The notes: a model not told the origin generated them from the sequence alone. DNA of 64,000 nt from an uncultured Flavipsychrobacter sp. (GCA_964561325.1 CAZLPE010000001.1:286-64285); one strand, 5' to 3'. Numbered from the stretch's first letter, positions 19,420-30,320 are shown. Translations and numbers: made by a program.

Positions 19420-20460
19420 TCATGCTTTGGCGCCTGCAATCTGCTGTTTCAGCTCCACTCCAATATCTCGAAACGAACGAAAATTTAGGGGGAATTCGTA
19501 AATAACGTGTAAGAAACTTAGGAAGTACAGCGCCATAATACCGCTCATATAGTCGATAAAATACAATGCCACCGAAAACACCCAAATAACGCCAACAATA
19601 ACAAGCGAACGGACAGGAACTTTGTGCCATTTGATAACGGATGTTTTACTAAACCAATTTAGGTAATGATAGGTATAGGCAAATGCAATGAACCTGCTCA
19701 TTTTTATGCCAAAACTGGAGAAATACACCATTTCACGGCTTATTCTTTTATCAAGAAAAAAATCAAGAACCTGTTGGTTGTAAATAAGAAATCCCTCATC
19801 GTATCGGCGCATCGCAGATGGCGATGGCGGTGTAATTGTGTTTGGAAACAATAGAAATAGGCACGCGGCGCACACAAGAAAAACAATAAGGGAAACAATG
19901 CCCGACGCACTTTTTGTGCGTAATGCACCCAACAATATAAATGCGCCGGTAAAGACGAATACGTGAACAAGCGTTGGTAGAAATACAGTGAAAATAACCA
20001 TCATAAACTTCTCGGCATGAACCAAAAATGCGATGACTGATATTAACGCAAACCCAATAATACGTTTAGTAGTGTCGGAGGTAATCAACAACAAAGCCGC
20101 CCCCGCAAACGACACAAATATGAGGCCCGGCAGCGCTGCCCCTGATTTTGTAAAAAGATCGATAATATCTTGCGTGTAAATGATGTTACCGTCGATATCG
20201 CGCGGTCCGAATTTGTTATAAAAAAATGGGACTACGTTGGGGAGTGAGATAATAACGGTGATAATGCCAAGTAAAATGTAATCTTTCTTGTTAGGCGTAA
20301 AATACTGCCGTTTGTGCAGCCATGAAATTTCGGTGAGGTAGTGCAGCGGACCAAGTATAGCATACGAGAATAAAAACATCTCGAACGGAATAATAAACGC
20401 CACAATACAGGACAACAACATTAAACCAATATTGAGGTAATTCAATTGAGCTGACGACAT
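19420..20460 (-). CDS. Multi-pass membrane protein of unknown function with His motifs
   Basis: About 8-9 hydrophobic segments; LGPLHYLTEISWLH, LVHVFVF, YHYLNWFSK and FLHVIYEFP motifs. Confidence 0.75.
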   Translation of the reverse strand: MSSAQLNYLNIGLMLLSCIVAFIIPFEMFLFSYAILGPLHYLTEISWLHKRQYFTPNKKDYILLGIITVIISLPNVVPFFYNKFGPRDIDGNIIYTQDIIDLFTKSGAALPGLIFVSFAGAALLLITSDTTKRIIGFALISVIAFLVHAEKFMMVIFTVFLPTLVHVFVFTGAFILLGALRTKSASGIVSLIVFLVCAACLFLLFPNTITPPSPSAMRRYDEGFLIYNQQVLDFFLDKRISREMVYFSSFGIKMSRFIAFAYTYHYLNWFSKTSVIKWHKVPVRSLVIVGVIWVFSVALYFIDYMSGIMALYFLSFLHVIYEFPLNFRSFRDIGVELKQQIAGAKA

Positions 20461-20633
20461 CAGACGTTCATAAATAAGCGAGTAAACAATAGTAAAATAA
20501 AGATAGTTATTTTACCAGAATTTCAGCAGCCCATATCGACTGATCTTCACCGATGCAAAAAAGTGAATGGCTATAAAAATATTGAGGCGAGCTTTAATAC
20601 AAAGCCCGCCCCAAGCAATATAAAAACTAACAA

Positions 20634-22682
20634 TTAGTCTTGATTCTGCATTTTCACCATAGTCAGTATGGTTGCAATAGCTACTGTCTCGCCGGTTTCG
20701 TCATAAACATCCACCAACCATTTCACTATACCTTTTGCAATATCTTCCGGCGTACGTTTTTCCTGAGCCGCTTTTTCTTTTACAGTGAGGCGCACACCTA
20801 TGGTCATTCCGGGATATACCGGCTTTGTGAATCTGCATTCATCTATTCCGTAGTTGAGCAGCACCGGACCTTTTTTCGCATCTACAAACAGGCCTGCGGC
20901 TTTTGCCAGCACAAAATACCCATGCGCTACCCTACGTTCAAAAATGGTGCCTTCCAACGAGGTGGCGTCCATGTGCGCATAAAAATTATCTCCGCTCACG
21001 TTGGCAAAATTGGTAATATCTGTTTCTGTAACAGTGTGTTTTGCAGTAACAACAGTATCGCCTATTTCCAGTTGTTCAAAATACTTACGGAACGGATGCA
21101 CTTCAGTTTCCCTTTGTTTTGCGCCCTGCTGGTATACATTAGTTATGCGCGTAAGCGTGGTGGGCGAGCCTTGTATAGCAGTGCGTTGCAAATAGTGCAT
21201 TACGCCGCGCTTACCGCCCATCTCCTCGCCGCCGCCAGCTCTGCCCGGGCCGCCATGCACCAACAATGGTAGCGGCGATCCGTGGCCTGTGCTTTCCTTA
21301 GCGCATTCTGCATTCAATATCAGTATTCTTCCATGCATACTGGCTATACCCAACACCAATTCTTTAGCTATTTCGTCGTTGCCAGTTACTACCGAAGCCA
21401 CCAGCGATCCCATACCCATACGTGCCAATTCTATTGCATCGTCTATGGTGTTATACGGTATTATAGTAGACACCGGCCCGAAAGCTTCTATATTATGACA
21501 ATCGGTATTGACAAAAGGATCGTTATTGAGGAAGATGAGCGGCGGTAGGAAAGCGCCCTTTTCTTTATCGGCGCCTAACACTTCAAAGCGCTCAATGTCG
21601 CCAATTACTATAGATTGTGATTTAGCCAGTTGCTGCACTTTTTCGCGTACTTCATTACGTTGCGATATTCCAGCCAACGGGCCCATGCGCACTTCCTTAA
21701 CCGACGGATCGCCAATTATTGTTCCGGCAAGGCGCTTACCCAGCGCAATTTGCACATCTTCTACCCTATCTGCCGGCACAATTATACGGCGGATTGCGGT
21801 ACACTTCTGCCCTGCTTTTGTAGTTATTTCGCGAACCACCTCTTTAATAAACAGGTCAAATTCTACCATTCCCGGATAAACGTCTTGCCCCAGTATACAG
21901 CAGTTGAGCGAGTCGGCCTCCATATTAAAAGGCACAGCTTCAGACAATATACGCGGATGCGACTTGAGCATCCTACCTGTAGAGGCCGATCCGGTAAATG
22001 TTACAACGTCTTGTGTTTCAATGCTATCAAGTATACCTCTTGCCGAGCCGCATATCAATTGTAGCGCACCCGCAGGTAGTATTCCCGATATAATTATCTC
22101 TTCAAACACCGCTTCGGTAAGGTAAGAGGTAAGGGTAGCTGGCTTAACGATAGCAGGCACGCCGGCAAGCAGATTGACTGCAATTTTTTCTAACATACCC
22201 CATACCGGGAAGTTGAATGCATTGATATGTACTGCTACACCCTCGCGCGGGGTCATTATGTGCTGCCCAATAAACGTATTGTTTTTAGATAGTTTTGCAG
22301 CATCGCCATCTACATAATATCGCTCGTCCGGAAACTGCCGACGCAAACTGGCGTAAGAAAAAAGGTTGCCTATACCGCCTTCAATATCCACCCACGAGTC
22401 GGCGCGGGTAGCGCCGGTTAGCGCACTGATCTGATAAAATTTTTCTTTCCTTTCCAGCAAGTACATTGCCAGCGCTTTAAGCATCCGTCCGCGCTCATGA
22501 AATGTAAGTTTGCGCAACGCTGGTCCGCCTACCTTGCGTGCATAGTGCATCATGGCGCCAAAATCCAGCCCTTCGCTGCTTGCTGAATAAATAGGCGCGC
22601 CGGTAATGGCATTGTGCAGCGTTTCACCCGCCGAACTGCCGCTTACCCAATGGCCTTCGGCATAGTTTTTAAGTTGTATCAT
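20634..22682 (-). CDS. paaZ: Bifunctional aldehyde dehydrogenase/MaoC hydrolase (phenylacetate pathway)
   Basis: INAFNFPVWG, TFTGSASTG, MEADSLN, KAGQKCTAIRR; C-terminal MaoC domain FANVSGDNFYAHMD. Confidence 0.93.
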   Translation of the reverse strand: MIQLKNYAEGHWVSGSSAGETLHNAITGAPIYSASSEGLDFGAMMHYARKVGGPALRKLTFHERGRMLKALAMYLLERKEKFYQISALTGATRADSWVDIEGGIGNLFSYASLRRQFPDERYYVDGDAAKLSKNNTFIGQHIMTPREGVAVHINAFNFPVWGMLEKIAVNLLAGVPAIVKPATLTSYLTEAVFEEIIISGILPAGALQLICGSARGILDSIETQDVVTFTGSASTGRMLKSHPRILSEAVPFNMEADSLNCCILGQDVYPGMVEFDLFIKEVVREITTKAGQKCTAIRRIIVPADRVEDVQIALGKRLAGTIIGDPSVKEVRMGPLAGISQRNEVREKVQQLAKSQSIVIGDIERFEVLGADKEKGAFLPPLIFLNNDPFVNTDCHNIEAFGPVSTIIPYNTIDDAIELARMGMGSLVASVVTGNDEIAKELVLGIASMHGRILILNAECAKESTGHGSPLPLLVHGGPGRAGGGEEMGGKRGVMHYLQRTAIQGSPTTLTRITNVYQQGAKQRETEVHPFRKYFEQLEIGDTVVTAKHTVTETDITNFANVSGDNFYAHMDATSLEGTIFERRVAHGYFVLAKAAGLFVDAKKGPVLLNYGIDECRFTKPVYPGMTIGVRLTVKEKAAQEKRTPEDIAKGIVKWLVDVYDETGETVAIATILTMVKMQNQD

Positions 22683-22843
22683 GATATTAAAACAGTTTAC
22701 TACAGTATGCCAGGCATCTGTTTAATTCAGAAAAATAGTAGTTACAATATGGTGTTTCCAAACAAATAAACAGCTCAGAAACATTTACGCAAATTAATGG
22801 TTTTATCTAATTGCCCATAGTCTTTTAGGGTAGTTACAGCGCT

Positions 22844-24043
22844 TTAACTATTGCTATCGGCCTCGTTTGTATCGGTTCTGGGCTGTCTGCGCGATCCCTC
22901 ATACAGCTCATACTCCATTAGCCTGCAATCTATAATACTCGTGTAAAATTCCAATCTCCGTTTTGCCTTCAGGCCTATCTTTTTCGCTAGCGCCAGATTA
23001 CCAGTAAATATATACCCCCAGTACCCGCCGCATTTTTTCTTCATAAAATCACCTATTTGTAAGTAGGTATTTTCCAGTTCCGCTTCGTCGCCCAGCCTTT
23101 CTCCATATTCCGGATTCATAAACATAATGCCCTTGCCGCCTTCCGGCACATCAGTAGTCTGGAAATCGCATACAGAAAATTCAATCATATCAGCTACGCC
23201 TGCCGCAATAGCATTTTTCCGTGCATTGGCTATTGCCACATCGCTGTAGTCTGTGGCTATGATACGTAAGTCCGGAAGGTCTACAATCTGATTATTAAGT
23301 ATAGCCATTTCGGCATCGTATACGCGCTCATCGTACCCTGTTAGGTGCATAAACGCGTAGTTTAGCCTGAACAGACCCGGACGTGTGTTTGTAGCAATAA
23401 GCGCCGCTTCGATAGCTACCGTACCCGAGCCGCACATGGGATTGACAAATGGCGAACGCTTGTCCCACCGAGTAGCCAAAATGGTTGCGGCAGCAAGCGC
23501 CTCCAGCATTGGCGCCCTACCGGGTATTTTACGGTATCCATGGCGAGCTAAAGAATCGCCAGACGTATCTATAAAAACTTCCGCCGATTCATTTTTCCAA
23601 AAAAGATGTATTACCGCGCCTGCCAAATCGGCTCCGGTATTGGGTCGCGCTCCTGTTTTCTCGCGCATGCGGTCTACTATCGCATCCTTTACCCGCAGAT
23701 TGGCAAACATATTGTTGTTGATGGTCGGATTCATAACATTGCTGGTAACCGAAAAATATCCCTTAGCAGGAATTAATTTCTCCCAGGCATAGCCTACCAG
23801 ATTTTGATAAATATCATCGCCATTATCTGCATTAAATTGTCGGATACTATACAACACCTGACTCGCGCAGCGCAGATTTAGGTTGAGCTTTATACAATCG
23901 TTTATTGTTCCCCTCAACCGTACTCCGGTTACAAAAACCTCTTCAGGTTCGAAACCAAGTTCCCTGACTTCCATTTCCAGATATGGCGCAAGTCGTTTGT
24001 TGCAGGTAATCGTTATTGGCGCTATGGTGGTATATACAGACAT
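22844..24043 (-). CDS. THUMP-domain SAM-dependent RNA methyltransferase (RlmL-like)
   Basis: THUMP region, HGYRK...APMLEALAAA, NPMCGSGT and MNPEYGERL motifs. Confidence 0.85.
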   Translation of the reverse strand: MSVYTTIAPITITCNKRLAPYLEMEVRELGFEPEEVFVTGVRLRGTINDCIKLNLNLRCASQVLYSIRQFNADNGDDIYQNLVGYAWEKLIPAKGYFSVTSNVMNPTINNNMFANLRVKDAIVDRMREKTGARPNTGADLAGAVIHLFWKNESAEVFIDTSGDSLARHGYRKIPGRAPMLEALAAATILATRWDKRSPFVNPMCGSGTVAIEAALIATNTRPGLFRLNYAFMHLTGYDERVYDAEMAILNNQIVDLPDLRIIATDYSDVAIANARKNAIAAGVADMIEFSVCDFQTTDVPEGGKGIMFMNPEYGERLGDEAELENTYLQIGDFMKKKCGGYWGYIFTGNLALAKKIGLKAKRRLEFYTSIIDCRLMEYELYEGSRRQPRTDTNEADSNS

Positions 24044-24154
24044 AAAATCTGTAAAGGTAATAGCTATGGCGCCAAATGAATACTAAAATTTTAGCGGCAT
24101 AGGCTATCGGGCAAGCAGGCAAAAGGAAAACAACGCCTGCCGTAGTTTTCTACT

Positions 24155-24162
24155 TAACTTCG
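24155..24162 (+). promoter_or_regulatory. -7-like element directly abutting the dnaG start
   Basis: TAACTTCG (one mismatch to TAnnTTTG), 4 nt before the ATG. Confidence 0.45.
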
Positions 24163-24166
24163 CAAA

Positions 24167-26110
24167 ATGATATCACCTTCGTCCATTCAGGCCATAATGA
24201 ACCGCGCAGACATCATTGATGTGCTCGGGCAATTCATCAGGCTTAAAAAACGTGGTACCAATTATATTGCAAACTGTCCGTTTCACAACGAAAAAACGCC
24301 ATCCTTCAATGTATCGCCGGCCAAGGGTATTTATAAATGCTTTGGGTGCGGCAAGGCAGGTAACGTAGTGACATTTATTCAGGATCACGAAAAACTGACG
24401 TATCCCGAAGCAATGCGGTGGCTGGCCGACTACTACAAAATAACAATTGAAGAAACCGAACGAACCCCTGAACAGCAGCATCAGCAACTTGCAGAAGAAG
24501 GGCTAAGGATTCTTAACGAATTTGCCGCCGGCTATTTTTACGATACGCTGCTGAATACGCCCGAGGGACAGGCAATAGGCATGTCTTACTTCAAGCAACG
24601 GGGATTCAGAAAAGATATTATAGACCGTTTCAGATTGGGCTATAATCCTGAAAGCGGAGATGCATTTTTCAGAACGGCTTCGAACAAGGGCTATCGCAGT
24701 GAAATGCTGGAGAAGGCCGGGCTGGCCAAAAACCGCAACGGCCAGTTTCATGATGTGTATAGGGGCAGAGTTATTTTCCCTATTCAGAGCATGACGGGAC
24801 GTATATTGGGTTTTGGAGCGCGCATACTTAAAACAAACGAGAAGGCGCCCAAGTACATTAATACCCCCGAAAATGAGCTTTATGTAAAAAGCCGGGTGCT
24901 TTACGGCATGTATCAGAGCCGCCAGGCTATAAGCAAAAAAGACGAATGCCTGCTCGTAGAGGGCTATACAGATGTAATATCGCTGCATCAGGGAGGCGTA
25001 GAAAATGTGGTTTCCAGCAGCGGCACCTCGCTTACAGAAGGTCAACTCAGGTTAATTGGTCAGCTCACAAAAAACCTGACGATACTTTATGATGGCGACG
25101 CTGCCGGTATTAAAGCGGCTCTGCGCGGCCTGGATATGGCCTTGTCGCAAAGCTTTAATGTTCAGTTGGTATTGCTGCCCGACGGCGAAGACCCCGATAG
25201 TTTTGTACAAAAATCAGGAGCTGCCAAGTTTCACGAATACGTAAAAGACCACAAGCAGGACGTAATCAGCTTTCGGCTTGAGGTGGGCCTGAAAGATGCG
25301 GGCACCGATCCAGTAAAACGCTCAAAGCTGACAAATGAAATTGCAGAGAGTATATCGAAAATCAACAAAGCCGAAGATTTTTCACTGCAATCGCATTATA
25401 CAAGAGAGGCTGCGCGCAAACTAAATGTTGATGAGTCGGGATTGATAAACCTGATCAACAAATATATCAGAGATCGTATTGAAAACGATCAGAAACACAC
25501 GCATAGTCACGATGCGGAACAGCCGCCTATAGAAGTACTTGAAGCGCAATATGAGGGTGAAATAAAGAAACCCGATTCTGACGAACTACAGGAATGGCAA
25601 CTACTGCGCGTACTTATAGAATACGGACATCAACCGTATGAAGGCTATGAAAGTGTAGCTAAGATGATAGAAGACCGCGTGTCTCCCGACCTTATCAACA
25701 ACGCGCTTGTACAAAGATTATTTTCTGAATATCTGTCGCACTATAATCATTATGGCAATGTGCCGGAGATGCACTACTTCATCAATTATCCCGATCAGGA
25801 TATAAGGAATCAAATGGCGTCTTTGCTGCATCCCAGGCAAGAAATAAGCTCCCAATGGAGCGAAAAATACGGCATTGAAAAAGCTGCCGGCAAGATTTTA
25901 TATATCATAGATGTAGATAGTACGTTGTCGTATTTTGAGCTTAAAAAAATCTTCATAATTCAAGATCAACTTACCAAAAGACTTAGCGAAGAGAAAGACC
26001 CAATAGCGCAAGGAGTAATATTGGAGCACTTTCTCGACCTACGGAAAATGGAGAAAGATATACTAAAAAGGCATGGCACCGTAGTATATAAAGCGCTGAA
26101 ACACAGATAA
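24167..26110 (+). CDS. dnaG: DNA primase
   Basis: Zinc finger CPFHNEKTPSF...CFGC, KYINTPE, TOPRIM EGYTDV and YDGDAAG motifs. Confidence 0.97.
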   Translation: MISPSSIQAIMNRADIIDVLGQFIRLKKRGTNYIANCPFHNEKTPSFNVSPAKGIYKCFGCGKAGNVVTFIQDHEKLTYPEAMRWLADYYKITIEETERTPEQQHQQLAEEGLRILNEFAAGYFYDTLLNTPEGQAIGMSYFKQRGFRKDIIDRFRLGYNPESGDAFFRTASNKGYRSEMLEKAGLAKNRNGQFHDVYRGRVIFPIQSMTGRILGFGARILKTNEKAPKYINTPENELYVKSRVLYGMYQSRQAISKKDECLLVEGYTDVISLHQGGVENVVSSSGTSLTEGQLRLIGQLTKNLTILYDGDAAGIKAALRGLDMALSQSFNVQLVLLPDGEDPDSFVQKSGAAKFHEYVKDHKQDVISFRLEVGLKDAGTDPVKRSKLTNEIAESISKINKAEDFSLQSHYTREAARKLNVDESGLINLINKYIRDRIENDQKHTHSHDAEQPPIEVLEAQYEGEIKKPDSDELQEWQLLRVLIEYGHQPYEGYESVAKMIEDRVSPDLINNALVQRLFSEYLSHYNHYGNVPEMHYFINYPDQDIRNQMASLLHPRQEISSQWSEKYGIEKAAGKILYIIDVDSTLSYFELKKIFIIQDQLTKRLSEEKDPIAQGVILEHFLDLRKMEKDILKRHGTVVYKALKHR

Positions 26111-26165
26111 ATACTATGTGCGTTCTATAGCAACATTACTGAGTTAATAACCCCCAAAAACTAAG

Positions 26166-26579
26166 ATGGCAAGAATCATAGCATTAGACTACGGCAAAAA
26201 ACGCACTGGCATAGCAGTTACAGATCCGTTACAAATCATAGCATCGGCGCTGGAAACAGTAGACAGCACAGAATTGATAGGCTATCTAAAAAAATACATA
26301 GCACGTGAACCTGTGGAGAAAATCCTGATTGGCTATCCACTTAATTTCGATAATACTGCCACACATGCCACTCCGCTTGTTGATAAATTTATACTCAAGT
26401 TTGGCAATGTGTTCCCCAATTTGCCCGTAGAAAAAATAGATGAGCGCATGACATCGAAAATGGCAAGTAGAGAAATAGCCGCAATGGGATTGAAGAAAAA
26501 AGATCGCGAAGACAAAGAACTCATTGACGCAGTAAGCGCTGTTATGATGCTACAAGAATATTTGGCCAATAAAAGTTAA
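26166..26579 (+). CDS. ruvX: YqgF/RuvX nuclease
   Basis: IIALDYGKKRTGIAVTD, DERMTS and IDAVSA motifs. Confidence 0.95.
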   Translation: MARIIALDYGKKRTGIAVTDPLQIIASALETVDSTELIGYLKKYIAREPVEKILIGYPLNFDNTATHATPLVDKFILKFGNVFPNLPVEKIDERMTSKMASREIAAMGLKKKDREDKELIDAVSAVMMLQEYLANKS

Positions 26580-26604
26580 CGGTAGAGCGAAAAACAGTTA
26601 TTGA

Positions 26605-28785
26605 TTACAGGTGCAGCTTTACTCCACCGTTTACAATAAAACCATCGAGGGGCGCATAAATATCTCTGAACGTTGGGTTATTAATACCGCCAGTATAAAT
26701 CCGGTCGAAACGCGTTTGCCGGCTATCCAGCATGTTTTCAAAATTGATATACACGGAGATTTTTTGCCATATTTTTTCTGCCATAAAGCCGCACAGCCAG
26801 TAGTCTCTACCCTTTGCTCCATCGCTCAGGTATTGCGGGCTGTAATAGTAGCCCTCCAGTCCTAATTTCAGCTTACCCTCTACCTCATACATCAGTACAG
26901 AATTGGTGTGGTGGAGCGGCGTAAGCGGTGTTTCGCTATAATAATCGTCTTTGTGTATGTGCGAGTGTGTGTAGGTATAACCCAAGAATAATTTAAAATG
27001 TTTGTAACCAATTTTTACGTTGGTTTCTGCGCCTTCGCTCTCCATGTGTTCTGGCCTGTTTTCAAACAAACGCTTACCGTTACCCAGCGTTGCGAGTATT
27101 AACGGACTATTTAGCCTTGTATAAAAAAACAATTGATTAAATGAAAAACTAATTTTGTGATCCGCAAAAGTTGTTTTGTAGTTTATATCGCCATTTACTC
27201 CATAACTGCGTTCCAGCGTATTTCTACCCTGAGTTATTGGCAATACATCCTTGTATATTATTTTCTCGCTTTCTTCTGTAAAGATGGTAGGCGCTTTATA
27301 CCCCAGCCCGCCGCCCACTCGCGATGAGAACGATTTGCTGATTTTATACAACATGGAGATTCTCGGCAATACAGCCCATCCGTAGTGAACTACATAGTCG
27401 GCGCGCAAACCTGTTTCTAAAGTCAGTTTTGGGTTAATATCCCACGTATTCTGCATAAATGCACCGTAGGTATTAATAAGGTAATCGCGTGGCTGTACTG
27501 TGGTATCCACTACTTCCGAGAAGCCGTCTGTAAACAGATTTATACCGCCTATCCATTCCGTTTTGCCTTTATTGATGGCATATACCAGCTCAGAAAACGT
27601 ACTATTCTGCGTACCGTTAAACGAATAGTTCTGGGCGTTTATCTCCCTGTTGAAGTGCGAAAAGCTATTTTTGAATGTTAAAGTATTGGTTTCATTTACC
27701 TTGTAGGTAAACTGTGTTTCGGTGCTTATCCTACGCGATTTATTGTATTCAAAATAGCTGTGCGCGCTATCGTCTTGTTTTTTATTTAAGAAATATATGT
27801 CGCCGCCAAGCCTTTCTTCTGTAGATGTATTGACCCCAAACACTAATTCCACCTTTTTAGACAAGTAAAAATACATTCTCGGATTGAACGTAAATCTATT
27901 GAACTTCGGTATTGCAGTAAATACAATATTTGCCGGAGCATAGGCCGAGTTGGCATTGTTGGCAGCGTATATGGTAACGCCTACTTTGCCATAACGCTTA
28001 CTAAAGTAGGCGTCGAGGTCGAGCCCGAACGCTGATGTGCCATTTAGTAAAAAACGCAACTCACGTTCTTCGCCCGGCGTTTTAGATATTAGGTTTATCA
28101 GGCCTGCAATAGCGCCACCGCCATACAGGGTAGATGATGCACCTTTAATTATCTCCACACGCTTCAAATCCAGCGGCGGTGTTTGCATTAATCCCAAGCC
28201 GCCAGAGAAACCTGCGTACAGAGGGAAGCCATCTTTTAATATTTGTGTGTACCTACCGTCGAGCCCTTGTATACGAATACCGGAATTTCCGGATGTAGGC
28301 GATGTTTGTAGCGTTTGTATACCTGTGCTTTCACCCAAAACCATACGTATATCGCCGGGTTTCATATTGGCTTTCTCATCCATTTCCTCAGCCCCTAAAA
28401 GCTCAATACGCGTAGGTATATCTTGAATTGTTCGGCTGCTGCGCGTAGTACTCACTACTACTTCCTCAATTTCATTCTCGTCCTCCGGCTCCAGCATTAT
28501 AGCCAGTGTATCCGTTGCCGCAATCGGAAACATCAAGGTATCAAACCGTTCCTTATACCCAAGCGCTTGCGCATGAATTACTGCCTTGCCATTCGGAATA
28601 TTAGAAAGCGATACCCAACCTTTTTCGTCGGCGCCGCTGCCATTGCTTGTTCCGTTAAGATTCATTAATGCGCCGGGTAAGGGTTCTTTTGTTTTTGCAT
28701 CTCTGATACAGGCATTAAACCCGCCTTGCCCACGGGCATTGAGCGCAGTACAACATACCAATAGTAAAAGGGTGAACGGCTTCAT
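26605..28785 (-). CDS. TonB-dependent receptor
   Basis: Signal peptide, N-terminal carboxypeptidase-regulatory-like domain, plug IRIQGLDGRYTQILKDG, RVEIIKGASSTLYGGGAIAG, beta-barrel to the C-terminus. Confidence 0.93.
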   Translation of the reverse strand: MKPFTLLLLVCCTALNARGQGGFNACIRDAKTKEPLPGALMNLNGTSNGSGADEKGWVSLSNIPNGKAVIHAQALGYKERFDTLMFPIAATDTLAIMLEPEDENEIEEVVVSTTRSSRTIQDIPTRIELLGAEEMDEKANMKPGDIRMVLGESTGIQTLQTSPTSGNSGIRIQGLDGRYTQILKDGFPLYAGFSGGLGLMQTPPLDLKRVEIIKGASSTLYGGGAIAGLINLISKTPGEERELRFLLNGTSAFGLDLDAYFSKRYGKVGVTIYAANNANSAYAPANIVFTAIPKFNRFTFNPRMYFYLSKKVELVFGVNTSTEERLGGDIYFLNKKQDDSAHSYFEYNKSRRISTETQFTYKVNETNTLTFKNSFSHFNREINAQNYSFNGTQNSTFSELVYAINKGKTEWIGGINLFTDGFSEVVDTTVQPRDYLINTYGAFMQNTWDINPKLTLETGLRADYVVHYGWAVLPRISMLYKISKSFSSRVGGGLGYKAPTIFTEESEKIIYKDVLPITQGRNTLERSYGVNGDINYKTTFADHKISFSFNQLFFYTRLNSPLILATLGNGKRLFENRPEHMESEGAETNVKIGYKHFKLFLGYTYTHSHIHKDDYYSETPLTPLHHTNSVLMYEVEGKLKLGLEGYYYSPQYLSDGAKGRDYWLCGFMAEKIWQKISVYINFENMLDSRQTRFDRIYTGGINNPTFRDIYAPLDGFIVNGGVKLHL

Positions 28786-28913
28786 AGTAAACGACAGGGT
28801 AAATTAAGGAAACTTTGAGCAAAAATCTGTTTTTAGCTATACATTTATAATTAATAGCTAAGTATTCAGTTCTGTTTTTTGTTTCGTAGTCGCCTTTACA
28901 GGACTTATTAATT

Positions 28914-30320
28914 TTAAACAAACGCTGTTTCAGGGAAAAACAAAATAAACCTGGCTCCTTTCTGAGGAATGCCTTCTGCTATTATGTATCCTTCATGATT
29001 GGCCATAATTCGTTGACAGATAGCTAACCCTATACCCTTCCCTTCATAATCTGACTGCTGATTGTGTAATCGCTGAAAAATTCTGAAAATCTTGGATATA
29101 TATATATTCTCAAAACCTATACCATTATCCTCACAAACAATACGCAAAAACTTAACCTTCGCTAAACTGGGGCTAATATCTGTCAGTTCCTCGCCATAAG
29201 CTATGCTAAAACTAAAGTCGATTGCGGGAATCCTGTTTTCTACTGTGAATTTGAGTGCATTGTCGAGCAATGCATTGAATAGTATTTTTAATTGTTGTCT
29301 GTAACCCAATATGACGGGCATTTGCGCAATGGTAATAGTCGCTGCTTTGTTATTGATCACATCCTCAAGATCGGTAATTATATAATTAACTATCTGATTG
29401 AGATCGCAAGACGTTTTTTGTTCATCTATTTTTGTCAGGTTGGTAAGACTCACTAAGTCGTTTATTAGCGACTGCATGCTATTGGCCGAATTACTTATTC
29501 GCTCAACGGTGTTCCTGCATTCTTCATCCATCATTTCACTTTTCTTGTACAAAAGTTTATTGCTGAAAATCTGAATTTTCCTGAGCGGTTCTTGCAGATC
29601 GTGAGAAGCCGCATAGGCTATCTCCTCCAATTCGCTATGCGATCTTTTCAGGTCAATCACCTTGGTTTGCAATTCTTCCTGATACCTAATCCGGCTACGC
29701 AGTTCCTTTACCATCAGCGTAAAAAGTATCAGCGTTATAATACAGAAAATCAACAGCAGATATTCAAGCGTATCGGTTGTTAGCTTTTCATATACTACCT
29801 GCGCTTCATACTTTTCATTAAGCCCTTCTTGTTCGGCAGTCAGCATCGCACGTAAACGCCGGGAACAGTCAAGCATCATTTGTCGGCTGTCGTAGTAGAA
29901 TTTAGATGGATTCGAAGTTTGGTTAGTATTTATGTAGTCTATATTGGTCATTGCCGCGGCAATACGCACACCAATACTCGCTTTCAATAATGCAATATTG
30001 TTATGCTGCTCGGTATTGTTCTTTGCTTTAGCGCTAATTACATCTATGGTAGCTTTTAAGCTATCAATAGAGTTATTGAGGAAACGAACATACATTGTGT
30101 CGCGAGTGATCATATAGCCGCGCTCAGTACGATCAATATCGCGCAAACTCACTTCTGCTTTTTCGATGCTGATAATAAACGAATTGGTATGATCTACTTC
30201 ATTGGAATAATTAAGAAACGTAGCAAAACGTTGCAACGAAAAAAGAGAAAGCCCTATCATCAAAATGAATGATATAGAAAACGCAGTAACAATTATTGTC
30301 TGTCTCTTTTTCATCAACAT
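28914..30320 (-). CDS. Membrane sensor histidine kinase (CHASE3-type sensor domain)
   Basis: Two TM helices around VDHT...ERGYMIT; H-box AASHDLQEPLRKI; NALK, DNGIGF and GKGIGLAIC motifs. Confidence 0.9.
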   Translation of the reverse strand: MLMKKRQTIIVTAFSISFILMIGLSLFSLQRFATFLNYSNEVDHTNSFIISIEKAEVSLRDIDRTERGYMITRDTMYVRFLNNSIDSLKATIDVISAKAKNNTEQHNNIALLKASIGVRIAAAMTNIDYINTNQTSNPSKFYYDSRQMMLDCSRRLRAMLTAEQEGLNEKYEAQVVYEKLTTDTLEYLLLIFCIITLILFTLMVKELRSRIRYQEELQTKVIDLKRSHSELEEIAYAASHDLQEPLRKIQIFSNKLLYKKSEMMDEECRNTVERISNSANSMQSLINDLVSLTNLTKIDEQKTSCDLNQIVNYIITDLEDVINNKAATITIAQMPVILGYRQQLKILFNALLDNALKFTVENRIPAIDFSFSIAYGEELTDISPSLAKVKFLRIVCEDNGIGFENIYISKIFRIFQRLHNQQSDYEGKGIGLAICQRIMANHEGYIIAEGIPQKGARFILFFPETAFV

